Origin: the human T2T-CHM13v2.0 reference genome, Homo sapiens | Direction: 5' to 3' (one strand) | NCBI RefSeq assembly: GCF_009914755.1 | Contig: NC_060930.1 | DNA length: 64,000 bases | In this document: positions 41,626 through 55,039 of the stretch, in pieces | How positions within the stretch are numbered: the first letter of the stretch is position 1 | How the letters are laid out: each line of letters starts with the position of its first letter | Translations under genes and position numbers: made by a program | The notes under the pieces: generated by a model | The model's input: the letters and a program-made list of their open reading frames with translations, nothing else | Databases searched by the model: none | What the model was told of the DNA's origin: nothing

Positions 41626-44600
41626 GAGACCTTTCTCAGTCAAGGTATAAGCTGTGACCTCCGTCTTCACCTTGTTCTATTATTGAGAAGGGAATCAGAT
41701 TAGGAACAAAAATGACACCTACCTATGGAATAGATGATCAATAATAATTGCAATTGTTGATTTGCAATGTCAGAGAAAGACCCTAAATATTTAATATTCT
41801 TATCCCTTCCACACATGAATCACAAATTTTTTGGTCTTAAGTTGACAACATTTCCTATTTATTTATAAATAAATATCTGTGACATTTATGTTACCTAAAA
41901 CGAAGAGTACATACAGAATTCAGATTTTACCCTAGGAGGAAGTAGAAGTTTTAAAGGAAATTTAGTCAAGTATTTTTATTTTGGATAAATGGGATGACCC
42001 AATGAATGGAGAAATCTACATGCTATTCGTACTCCTGCTATGTCTCCTACAAAATTCAAAAATCCCATAGTCCGTGTTTCTTTTAGGTAAATATTTATAG
42101 CTCATGTCAAGAGGAGTGAACAAGGCAGCTTAAAAGATCCCTTGTACTGCTTTCAGAACTCAAGGCAATTTTAAAAGAGGTAAGTGGAAGAGAAAAGAGC
42201 CTCTTAACCAATTAGCCAAGAGGCCACACAATACTTTGGAATTAAAATTACCCAGACATGTGTGAGGATCCAAATGGAGTCTCATTTATGTCATCAAAGA
42301 GATTCTACTCCTATTGAAATGAATAAGAGGTTAACAGTTTCAATGGTACAATAATAAAATGATTAAGGTTACACAGAAGTACGTAGGACCAAAATTCCTC
42401 CAAGTGGTGGAGACTGTTAATGAAGCAGAAGAATAGCTTTTTACCTGGTCTATTCTCCAATTCAAATGACTCCCATGGGTAGTATTGTATTATAAGAAGA
42501 GAGTTTTCCAACTGTGTGAATTTTCTTTCGTCTTGTTCACAGGTAGTATATATTTGGTTTAATGTTACAAAAAGCTATATTAGCCTAAGTCAACACACAC
42601 ATTAACAGAACCTCCTAACTTCTGCAGATAAGTTTTTCAGAGTTCAGAGGGCAGTGATAGAAAAATTGTGATAACACAGGGAGAAATAAGTCCCTCTTTC
42701 TAAAGCTTTAATCAGTACTGGGAAAAATAATATCATTTTCCTAACCACAAAAAAAGCTATAAAACTTATGTGATTGGCTCATTATTTTTAGAATCAAATT
42801 TTATTTCTTGTCATATAAGCAGCTCTTCTGATATTTTAGGTGAAAAACAGAGCAGTGTAGGTCAAGACTTAAGTCTATGCAAGATGTCTTATTGATTATT
42901 GGACATAAGACAATTCTAAGTTTTTTCTCCCACAGGATGTTAAAAATGTGAATGACTTCAAGCTGCTCTAAGAATGGAATGTGTTCATAGAATTTAATAT
43001 TCCCTTTTGTAGATATTACAAAAGACTCAGGGACTTTGAGGAAAATAGCTGCTTTGCTTCTCTCTTTTGTATGTTTTTTCGGTTTTTGTTTTGGAAAAGT
43101 TGGAGGAAGAATATATCTGCCTCAGTCAGATTTTGTTGGATGTTTCTCAACTTTTATTTGTGTTACTATTCCCCTTAGGAGAAAAATTTTATTTTAATCA
43201 ATGAATTTAAATTACATAATTTTAATTAATTGATAGATTAAAAATTAAATTTCTCCCTAATGAGAGGAATTAAGTACTACAGCTTAAGATTTTGTTGGGC
43301 AGGGTTGTGCTTTTGAGGGCAACAAACTATTGTCATATCTAAGATTATTTTCACGTCCCCTCCCAAGAACTAACTTCACCCTTTGGGGTGGCTTAAGGCT
43401 TGGACACCCATTCTAACTAAAATAAAATGAGGAGTTTGGGATCCTTATAAACATCCTAGAGCATCTGCCACAACCAGTTACAATAATTACAACCAGGCTT
43501 CAAGGGAACTGCAAAGGGGTACAGACAACAGCTAGCCTCATCATCTCTTATCTGAGCTTTTTCTAGGCCTCTTTTCCTGTCTTCTCTTAGTCTGAGCAAG
43601 CAGCCAGTCAAACGCCAGATGCTCACAAATGCTCTGGAATCAATAGCGTACATCGTATTGTTCCATCCCTTATTTTTCCACTGGAAAGGGCAACACTCTC
43701 ACCAGGAGTGTCATCCCAAACCTGGCTGCCCAAAGGGATCACAGAGGGAACTTGCTAAAATGCAGATTCCTCTAGATTTTGATTTATGAACAACACAATG
43801 CAGATTGCTTATTATATTTCTCAATTTTCTTTCCTAATTTCTCAGTCACTGAATTAATTTTAGTACTGCTTCTTTGCAGAGATGATATAAATTAAAGGTA
43901 AGTGTAAGGTGCCCTATCCTGTTGGTCTAGACTGCCAAGAAGACCTTCCTCCATCTGGTTTTTAAACAGAAAGTGAACAGTTTACTGTGGAGATAGTTCA
44001 TAAGTGAAAAACAAATGATGTTTCATTCCTCAGATTCTCAGTTCAAGCAAGCATGCGCTCAAGTAGCATTCACAACCCCCAGGCTACCAGGATGGTGTGA
44101 GAGAGCTGGAGAAGGGCAGGAAAATATGGGGGCACAATTTGAGAAGAAAGTAAGAACAACTTTTATTATCCATCCCCTCTTCAAAGTAGCCTTGAAGGAA
44201 GAGAGAGGGAGAGAGAGGTGAAGGGGGAGGAGGTAGTATCCAAGAGAATTTCTTCTTAAGATGTGGGCTGATTTGGAATAAAGAAAATTCCAAATTTTCT
44301 TTATTTATTAGATTGATTTATAACATAAATTCTTAAAATGCAGATTTTCTACAGTAAATTTCAATGAATCCCAATTCTATTAGCTTTAGTTTCTCTGAGA
44401 AACAGAAATTACGGTGGCGGTAGGGGAAAGCTTCTTTCTCTACATTTTTTGGATTAGAAAGAGAAAAGAGTGCTTTCATAAATGTTATGGGGTCTCTATT
44501 TCCAGACTTGAGAGAAACAAGCAGGGTATGGGGAAGTAAAACATGATGCTGGTTTGTCTTGGCAATGGGGCTCTGCTGATCAGTGTACAAATGGTAGGCA

Positions 44601-44689
44601 AATATAGACGACAGAAGGAAAGCTATCAGACCCACCACCCTGTGTTTCTCTACCTCCTTTTCAAATGTCACACTGTTTTCATTCCGAGA

Positions 44690-45800
44690 ACTTCAAAAAT
44701 CTGCATTTGATTTTTTTTACAACTACACCTTATTTCACAGTATGACTATATCACCATTTATTTTACCCATTTTTCTGTTTTTAACATTTGGGTTACTACT
44801 CTTTTCTTTCTTCACTATAATACATAATATCACAATGAATATCCTCCACATGAAGTTTCGTGCACAGCCACAGGTATTTCTCTGTAGTAGATACCAGAAA
44901 GGATACTTTCTCATTTTACTTCCCAGCAAGTGTTTGAGACTGCCATTTCTCCATTCTCAAACTTTTAAATGCTCTATAAATGGAACACATTCGTATTGCA
45001 TTATTGCTAAAATTTGCTTTTTTCTATTAATAGTAAGGTTGAATCTTCTTAAGTTTACTTACCAAGATTTATGTCTAGTAATAACTTTTTTGTTGTATTC
45101 AGCCAATATAATGTGAACAGTAATGGTGAGTGTATGCAAACATATTATTCAGGCTATTAACACAGATTTTAGCTTTCCAACTATTAGAGTAGTAAGTTTC
45201 AATAGCAAATGTCTTAATGTTGAAATATCTTTGCTCAGATATTTCATTAGGCTATGATTAATGGGCCTTTTTTCATTCACTTTCCTTACCATTCAATTGA
45301 CCCTTTCCATCTGAAGCTTTGTGCTTTATATTGAGAAATTTTTTTTCTATAAATTCTATTATTTTTTTCACTTCTCTCTGACTCCCTTAGTTATTACTCT
45401 TCCATATGCTTAAAGTCAGTTCTCACAATTTTTAAATCTGTCTCCCTTTATGTTCTAAGAAATTTCCCCAACTTTATTTACTAGATTAGTAATCTATTTT
45501 TACCTATATCCTTTTGTGATCAAAATTTTAATTTCCAAGAATTCTTCAGTTTGTGATTGCTGCTTTCACGGGCCAGTAGTCTTTAGAATTTCCTTCAGGA
45601 TATTAATTAGGACCGATTTAATGTTTTCTTCAGTTCTTTGAATTATCTCTGTTGCCAACCATTCTGTTAGCTCACTCAGTTTTCTGTTCAATACCATTAG
45701 TTTTTATCCAGTGCCTGGTGATCCTTTGTTGCCAGCCGTTTTATGAGTAATACACTAGGTTGACTAATGTATAGACCTAGCATGGCTTTCCTCTGTTTCT
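44690..45800 (-). mobile_element. Old L1M fragments
   Basis: T-rich L1M-like sequence. Confidence 0.5.
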
Positions 45801-48800
45801 CATTATGCGTCTCCACTGCCTGGAAGGGGAAAAGGAGGCCCCAGTCAGCCTGCCTGCTTCATACCCACAATCCTCCATGGTCCTCCTCTCCATTGGTAAA
45901 ATAAGTCATATATTAGTTATTCAAGGACATTAGTGTATTTGTCTCTCACCCTACCTTTGTTGGAGATTTAGCATAGATTTAGAGCTCCTTCAGGCCTTTG
46001 GGCAAGCACCCTCCCTCCCCACTCATCCCAAAGTTTGAGGGATCCAGGCCCATTGGATTTCTAAGGGAGAGGAAACTCAGAAGCTTAGTTCTGAACTTGA
46101 GTTGTAATAATACTTGCGGTAATACAATGAAAAGACTTTCTGGACCAGAATTACTAGGTATCCTAAAGATACTAAATTTTAATACAGAAATGTCCAGCTA
46201 TAACAGCATGATAGCTAGAGCACTACCTAGAGCACTCCTTGGGCAACATCTTCACTTTCCTGAAGTTGGAGTTACTTTTAGCTTGGTAGCAAGCACTCCA
46301 CCACCTTTTGTTCAGTGTGAGAGAATGAGGAGGGGGAGGGCTAGCCTAAATATTATTAACGGGGCTTAAAAAAATTTTTTTCCTGATTATTGTCTCACTC
46401 TCTCTTTCTCCTCTTCCTATGAGTTTACTGGGTGACAACAGCAAATCCAGAGAAGCATACGTTCAGAGAGGTTTTCTTTTCAGCTTGTGTTAGACTGTGG
46501 CGCCCTCTGCTCTTGCCAAACTTATTCCTTCTACTTTCCGTAGTCCAGACATTTCCCAGTTTCTGGCAGAAACACTACCCTGTCCTGTTTCCCAGCACTG
46601 TAACGTGTTTATACCATCTCTGTTATTTTAATGGGTTTTGAGCCAAAAGAGAGGAGGGTCACATGTGCATAGTCCACCATCCTGATCCAGCCCATAGGAC
46701 TCTACCTACCTCTCATCAGCTCCTTCTTGGCCCAAGATGTGGACTTTAAAGAATCCCCTAACCCCATCAGTCAGTGTGTATACTCTTCTACAATTTCTTT
46801 CTTTCACATGTGGCATTAGCACAGTAAGATATTCCCTTACCATTTCTCCCCAAACTTTCTCATCTGTATTATCGCAAACAAGGATCCTGTGGTGAGGCTC
46901 GTAAGTTCAACCGCAGAGCCCAACCAACAATGAGATGTGCACATTCGGGAGGGTGCCTTGTTGGATGATACAGTTGCTCTCTCCATCCCAGTCATTGCAG
47001 AAAATAGGTTAATTAACAAGCCAACTTCAGCCTTACTAAATTTATTATGAATTATATGTTCAGGGATGTTGGTAAAAGGCCAACACTGGCATCTCTTTAA
47101 CTAGTAATTATTGTGTTTTATTGTTGTGGACCTATAATGCATTAACAAGGCAGGACTCAGCTTTATTAGAATGCACGTGGCTCCTCAATTCCATGCATAT
47201 TTATTAGGCGAGAGAATGGGATTCTTCTTCTCTAGCCTTCACTAATTTAAAAGAAGATATCCTCAATGAAATGTATTCAAATATTTTGACATTTTGCTTC
47301 ACCTCTCTTACAGAGCAGAAATTGTTTCTGACAGTTATTATACAGTGCTGGAATCCTGCTGCTTCCACTGTTGAAGAACAGGTTGAAAAGACACAGCGCT
47401 TGCATTTTGTTCAAAGAGTAATTCTGTGGCTTAGAAATAGCAGCACTGTCAGCTGTGATTCACTGAGAGTTTAGATAATATCCAGTCTGTAGTCACTGCT
47501 AACATGGGCTTCTGGGCTTGGAGTGGAAGGAAATGAAAGGAAGTTGGTGCCCTGAGGTTACCCAGGAGGATAAGTACAAAATATGTTGCCCGTATTTGGC
47601 CACTGAAAATTTTGGTAGAAATCTCTCTCCTCTTTCTCCACATCTTGAGTCTCCCATTATAACAGCCTTAAATTTCAAATGCACTTATTTACACAAGACA
47701 CACAACAGTAAATGCTAAATTGAAACACTGGGGCATTCCAGAAGTTTGAACTGTCTAAAGAGATTAGAGACAACATTTGATGGGCATTTCTCTGATCCTA
47801 CAGCACTGAAAGGCAAAAATCACTCTAGGATCATCCGGAAGGTAGGGTGATACACCAAAGAACAACTAACAAACCTAACAAGCAAACTGAAGTGATTTCT
47901 TCTGGGTACCTCTGGCTTATTCAGTAGACTTCTGCTCTGAATGCAAAAGTATTCTTCCAAAGTGATAGAATAAAATACTTACTCACAAAGGGTCTGCCAG
48001 TAGCTCGCAGAGTTGGGCACCATCAGATGTTCCCAGAGCTACTGAGACTAGCAGAAAGAAGGAGAGAGCCATTCATCAGCCCAGCCAACATTATTTATTC
48101 AGTTTATCTACCATTCCACAATCAACTCAAAGTTGTATCTAGAAGCAGAGCAATCACTTAGGGTTAAAACTGACCAGCTGTGCTTTCAGAGAGGCCAAGA
48201 GGGCTCAGCCAATCACAGTATAGGTATAGAGATGTAGTTGACTCTATTGGGCATAAGTTAAAGCAAATAGACAGCCTACACGGGTAGTGAACCTGTACTT
48301 GCAGGTTAACAAATATCTCACAGATTGAGGACACACTGATATTAAAAAGGGAAACACACAGTGTAGTGGCTCTCCCTGCAGCAGACTGAAGCATCTAGAA
48401 ATCTGGCTGGTGCAGATATGCCATCTGGGGGACTGAGGATATTTTGGATTTGGCATCTAGATTGGTTGAGGCTGAGGCAGCTCAGCTAAGGAGTCAGCAA
48501 AGAACCCTGAGAAGGGCTTTAGTGGCAGAAAAAGATCCTGCAGCAGGTCAGAGAATTTGTTTGCTGGTGATGTCTCCAGGGACCTGTGAGTAAATCTGGA
48601 GGGCACTGAGGGGTGACAAGGCCCATTATTCACTGGAATGAGACATGGCCAATTCAGCCCTCATCAGGGGTCTCTGCCAGGTGATGAGAGGTCGTAACCT
48701 GGTAGCAGCCTGGGAATAAATGAGAAAAAGCTTTCACCGCTTTGGAAAGATGAAAAGAAATACATCCCGCCTTTTTTTTTTAAAGTAAAGTCAGCCCTAA

Positions 48801-49299
48801 GGAAGTACAGAAATATGTCTACATTAGACCAAGAAAATTGTTCTTGGCAACTCTTAGTCATAAAATCCAGGTAAGCAGGAAGAGAGGAAATAAGATCCCA
48901 AGGCATTAATCATACTGAATTGAAGTAATCTGTTCCTTATTCATTTTTATATCTCTATATCGTTAGTACCTTATAATATGCTTAGCACACAGTAAGGCCT
49001 AAATAACATTTAATGCTAAATAATATCAACATTTGTGGGGGTAAATTTTATGTTGGTGAATGAATGTAGACTCATTTCCAATGCAGTCACAATGGGGAAC
49101 CAGGTGGGAAGCCACATATTACAGTATTTTTGAGGCCAGCATTAAATGTGGGTGTCCAGGTAACATCCTAGGAGGCATGATTTGTTGGCTCTAAAAATGT
49201 TTCATTGTTACAAAATATCTCCAAAATTCTGAATTTCTAAGTCTGACAATGCACACATTTTCTATTAATAATGATGATGTAGCTAAGGGCTCTACATGG

Positions 49300-49440
49300 A
49301 GGTATCTCATTTTTAGGTCCTATTGCTATTCCCATTTTACAGTTGAGAAGCCTGAGGCTAAATGACTTACACAAGTTTACAGGTCTAATAAGGATCTGAA
49401 CTGTCTCCAGAGCTTGGGTGTCAACCACCATCCTATCCCA
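49300..49440 (-). mobile_element. MIR
   Basis: CCCATTTTACAGTTGAGAAGCCTGAGGCT core. Confidence 0.75.
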
Positions 49441-50596
49441 TGTCCTACATTATTACTAAAAGCCTGCGATGACACAAATATCACTTAAGAAAGAATAAAA
49501 ATGAATTGTTATTGATTAGCATATTGGTATAAATTGATTCTTCAGATAAAATAGACACATACACACAGAGCTGGAACTTAAAAATAGAGAACTGAAAATT
49601 ATGATGAGAAGGATATTTCTAAAAATTTTGATCGTAGGGCTCTGACTCATTTATTTACCACTTACTGTGTGCCAGGCATTCTTAAGATACTAACTAGAGA
49701 TAAAGGGTTCTGTGCATCTGTATCTATTAGGCCAATTTCATTTTCTGCCAAGGAAAACCCTCTTTGCCACATGTGCATACTACAAAAGATACATTACTTA
49801 TTTAATTATTTTAATGAAATCTTAATTATCCAAAGAACTGAGTGACCTTTTTTTCTTTTTTGTACTACTGCATCACCAAGAGTGGGAGATCAAATTGAAT
49901 GGGAGGATTCTCCAAGGGAACATCCAAAGAATAGCTTAATAAAATGTTCTATGGTCTTATTAACTGGGGAGTGAGGCCATATTACAGTTATAAACTTTAT
50001 TGCAGAGGAATCTCTATCGCAAAAGCACCATTCAAACAGCTGCCTATTAAGGAATAATGGAAGGCTTTGGATATTACCTTTAGTAAACATTTGATAGAAA
50101 ATTGAAGCAGTTACCTACATAATACTTGTTATGTGTACTTGAGACCAACTCTTTTTTCCTCTGAACTATCCAGAGACTTTTCTGAGAGTAAACATAGCCT
50201 GTGGCTCACACTTTGATACCAACACAGTTTGCTTAGTTTTCTTTTCCCAACATAGAGAAGCTTTAACCAATGTGAATAGTTAAAATGAAAGGTAACATTT
50301 GCACAATGAGATTCTTGAGTTTCCTAGGAAAATTGAGTTTTCCTTAGTAGGAATTTCCTGGGATTTGTAGTAAACAGTTTGAGAAACTATTGGAATAAAT
50401 CTTTCCTCAAATTGACATGCAAAGATTAGAAAATAAGAGGCCATCAGATGTGATTTGATTATTCAAGTTTTTACCATAAATTAAAGGCATCAGGATATGT
50501 AGTCTAATCTAATATATAACTAATATGTAAAGTATAATATTAGATATAATATTATGTGACATAATGTAAATGCTTTACAGATGTGAGTATATGTAT

Positions 50597-51060
50597 GTGC
50601 TGACCCTTGAACAACACAGGTTTGAACTGATGGGTCTACTTATCCATGGATTTTTTTCAATAAAAGTTACATGGGGTGTGCCTGCATCTCCTGCATCTCC
50701 TGCCTCTCTTCCTCCTCCTCCACCTCCTCTCCCTCTGCCACCTCTGAGACAGAAAGACCATCCCCTCCTCTTCCTTCTCTTCTAAAACCTACTCAATGTG
50801 AAGACAAGGATAAAGACTTTCATGATGATCCACTTCCACTTGATGAATAATGTTTTCTTTTTCTTATGATTGTCTTAAATATTTTTTCTAACTTACTTTA
50901 TTGTAAGAATAACACCTATACAAAATATGTGTTTATGTTATCAGTAAGGCTTCCAGTCAACAGTAGACTATTCGTAGTTAAGTCTTGTGGGACTCAAAAG
51001 TTATATGTGTTTTTTTGACTGCGTAGGAGATCAGTACCTGCCTTGTTCAAGGGTCATCTG
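50597..51060. mobile_element. Tigger2-type (TcMar) non-autonomous DNA transposon
   Basis: TIRs TGACCCTTGAACAA ... TTGTTCAAGGGTCA, followed by TA. Confidence 0.85.
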
Positions 51061-51099
51061 TATATTTAATGCTTTATGTGCCAGATATTTATAACAATG

Positions 51100-51330
51100 A
51101 ACTAACACTTACTGAACACTTACTAAGTGCCAGGCACTGCATTTTAAAATTCTTGATCCCAGAACCTTGATCGGAGAAGCCTTTATTGGGTACTATTGTC
51201 ATTCTTGTTTTATAGGTAAGGAAACCAAGGTAGAGGTTAAGCAACCTGCCCAAGGTCACCCAACAAGTAGCAGAGTCCTTAGGGACCTGAAGCCAGGCAG
51301 TCTGACTCCAAGCTTATACCCTTGTTCAAT
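51100..51330 (-). mobile_element. MIR
   Basis: TTACTGAACACTTACTAAGTGCCAGGCACTG...GCCCAAGGTCAC...TCTGACTCCA. Confidence 0.8.
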
Positions 51331-52160
51331 TTGTATATATGGTCCCACCTAATTACTTAATGCTAGAGCACTGGTGACAATGCTCCATTTCTGACTTTGT
51401 ATTTCTCTTTGCAGATAAGGGCTTGGCATAAACATTTGTGCCTTTTGCCCATTTATCCAAATGAAGACTATTTTATGACAGAAAATAGCTTTCATTCAAG
51501 GTTAATAAATGTGTAAAATGTGCCAATATCCTTGTGCCTGGCAAAACGCTTTAACACTGAGGGTCCTTCTCTGTCATATTCATTAACCTTCTTTCACTCT
51601 TGAAACTAATTCTGAAATGCTAGCACTAATTGCTTAATCACTATATAAGGTAAGTTATACCTTGTTAGTCTGATAATGGTTTGTTAAAACACCAGGTAAT
51701 TTGAAGCAATTCCTATTTTCTATCCAACTAAAAGGACTATTGTTCTTTGCTAAAAGTATTAGATAGTCTAAATCTAGTTCATCAGAAGCTTTCCAAAGCC
51801 CTTTGGAAAATAATTACATAGCGTGCTTTATAATTTTACCTTTACTTACACACTTGGATAAACATTTGAACCATTAAATGTTCACAAATCTCAAATCTTC
51901 CAGATTTAAATACACTCTATTCAAAGTAGGATGTCATTATTAACATTATTAATATTTACTCAAAGTGCATTTCAAATATTATATGCCTCAAATCATGACC
52001 TTTTATTTCAATAATCCATCAAAATAATTTTAAAAATATATTTTTGAAACATTCATTTATTTAATTTGACCATTCAGCATTAGGAAACAGTTTCTGAGTG
52101 TTGAATTCAGCACAAGATAGGTAAGATTCCACCTCTGATATTAGTACAGCTATACCAGAA

Positions 52161-52545
<385 letters not shown>

Positions 52546-53094
52546 TAGATCTTCATGTATCTCGGTTCAGCAGTACATTATCATTTTGTCCAAGGTGCTT
52601 TGAGGATTATTACATTTGGTTAATGTTGAGACCCAGAGATCCAAAGTAATTATCATGGCCTCCCTATTAATCCAGGGGACATAAGGACCAGAAAATAAAG
52701 GGAGTCCTGGTTAAATTCAGTTCCCAATGGGCCCACTGGGTTTGCAGACCACTGAATCATCATTGCCCAGTATCCAAGCATATACTTGGAATTAATATAC
52801 TTGGTGTTGAGGTAGCCCCAAATATTGAGTTCATGGTTTGTGTGGCGGGAGGTATTATAGTGAGGATGGCCATATGGAAATACCTGAGACCACACTCGGA
52901 GCAGTCAAGACAATAAGTCAAAAACAATATCTCTTCTTAGGTGGGATGGCAGCCTAGTATCACCATGAAAGAATTAAAGCATGCAGGGCTGATGGTCCCT
53001 ATTGTATGTCCATTTAACTTACCTGTCTGGGCAAAGCAGAAGCTAAATGCATCCTGGAGAATGACTGCAGAATACTGCTAGCTCACTACTGAAA

Positions 53095-53313
53095 GCAGTG
53101 AGATTTCATAGGCTGATGTAACAGTAACACAAAGAAAATATATTTGATTGATTAGTATGGAAAGAACTTCATCAGACATTAGTTGGTGGTTTCTGATTGG
53201 TAAAGTCTCTAGTTTCGTTTTATGGTTTACGTCAAGCTTCCGTTCGATTATGCAGGAACTTAAAATGCTAGATCAACCTCAGCCTAATGGCCTCCTAATT
53301 AATTTTTTTAACA
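53095..53313 (-). mobile_element. ERV1-class LTR fragment (MER67/MER31-like) inside the ERVL pol
   Basis: Minus strand starts TGTTAAAAAAATTAATTAGGAGGCCATTAGGCTGAGG and interrupts the pol homology. Confidence 0.45.
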
Positions 53314-53915
53314 CAAGAAGGTAAATTCTGGAAAGATTCAGGGAACTACTACTTCAGTGAGGTTTTTAGGAATCTAGTTTTCAGGGGTTCAGAAGTAAGC
53401 CAGAAAATCATCTACAAAATAAAAGACAAATTACTGAATCTTGTGTTTCCTACCACAAACAAGGAAACACAGCACCTGGTGGGCCTTTCTGGGCTCTGGA
53501 GGCAATATTCCACACTTAGGGAGACAGCTTCTGTTCTGTCTTGATAGAGACAGATGCTTAACAATGAGGTACCAACTGAGCATGTGTCTAAACTGCTAAT
53601 TATCAGTTAGGTTTTATCATGCCCACCAAGTTATAAATTTGGATGGGCCCAGCAGCAATCTGTCATAAGATTAAAATGGAATATCCAAGATCAAGCCCCA
53701 GATTAGAGCACAGGAGTAAGCTGCAAGAGCAAGTAGTTCAGACCCTTATGTCACCCATCTCTATTGCCCAGCACCCATCCCTCAGCTTACATGTAGAGCC
53801 ACGTGGGAGTTCCTATGTCATCAAGTGGAAAAGAAGGTACAAACTTGGTTTATGCATGGGTTGACTCCATATGTGAAAATGTATACAGCTTCATTACTGC
53901 CACATTCAGAGAGTA

Positions 53916-54335
53916 TAGTCATGTGTCACTTAACAATGAGGATACATTCTGAAAAATGTGTTGTTAGGCAATTTCATCATGGTATGAACATCATAAAGTG
54001 TACTTACACAAACCTAGATGGTATAGCTTACTACAAACCTAGGTAAAATGGTATAGCCTATTGCTGCTACGCTGCAAACCTGTACAGCATGTTACTAGAC
54101 TGAATATTGTAGCAATTATAACACAATGGTAAGTATTTGTGCATCAAAACATAGAAAATGTGCAGTAAAAATACAGTATGAAAGATTAAAATGGTATACC
54201 TGTACAGGGCACTTACTATGAAAGGAGCTTGCAGTACTCAGAGTTGCTCTGGGTGAGTCAGTGAGTGAATGCTAAGTGAATGTGAAGGCCAATAACATTA
54301 CTGCACACTACTGTAGACTTTATAAACACTATACA
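53916..54335. mobile_element. Tigger3/Golem-type DNA transposon fragment
   Basis: AGTCATGTGTCACTTAACAATGAGGATACATTCTGA...ACACAAACCTAGATGGTATAGC. Confidence 0.8.
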
Positions 54336-54573
54336 TATACCTGGGGGATATGAAGCCCCCAGGACTTGCCAAGGTGATAGCTGAGGGCAAGGGTAAGTTT
54401 TAGAATGGGTAGGGTGGAAGGGTTAGGATGAGTACCAGTTGCACCCCAAGACCAAATACAGCAACGAAGTCTGCAGTTTATCCTACTAAACCCATTTCTA
54501 ATTTTTTCCCCAGGAAAAGAGGCTTTTGGGACCATGGAGGAGTGGCTCCCTAAACCCATATGGAAAGTAGATC

Positions 54574-55032
54574 TGTGTGACACAAAGGGTGAATGAAGTG
54601 GCCATGAAAACACACCAGTCAGATCTCCTGTTGTGGGAGTCATAACTGACAATGGCCCCAGCTGCTGCACCTCCAGATCTACCATTGTGTTCACACAGAG
54701 GCCACACGTCCTGTGAGCCAGTGACTGCACACGGTGGGTTACTAAAGCAGGCCAGTTCCAGAAAAATGCAAGAATTCTTCAGTGGGCAACTTTGACTTAA
54801 AAACTCCCCATCAGCCTGGCCAAAACTTTCTTGGAACACTGCTGAATTCTGAAACTATGTCAATCCTCCTCTCTCCTTCCCTGAGAATCAGACCTGCACT
54901 GTGACTTGAATCTTCTTTCTACCTTCTCCTGCTGCTCTCTCCACCCTCCTGTAAAGGTGTTTTTCCCCGAAAACCTCCTGCATGTCTATTACTGTCTTGG
55001 TGTCAGATTCTAGGAGGATCTGAACTAACACA
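54574..55032 (+). mobile_element. LTR16-family LTR (3' LTR of the ERVL remnant)
   Basis: TG start after a purine-rich tract; CAGATCTCC...CTTGGTGTCAGATTCTAGGAGGATCTGAACTAACACA. Confidence 0.7.
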
Positions 55033-55039
55033 CCTATCG

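Larger units (their letters stand above)
52600..54573 (+). pseudogene. Highly decayed ERVL internal (pol) remnant ending at an LTR16
   Basis: ELKHAGLMVPIVCPFNLPVWAKQKLNASWRMT (~52971-53070) resembles ERV-L RT PFNSPIWPVQKTDGSWRMT. KIQG..TSVRFLG and KIKDKLLNL..PTTNKETQHLVGL.G.WRQ at 53330-53510. Confidence 0.75.

Noticed and set aside
42520-42550. Recursive splice site (pyrimidine tract-CAG|GT)
   Set aside because: The reconstituted donor GTAGTA is weak and no host transcript is established.
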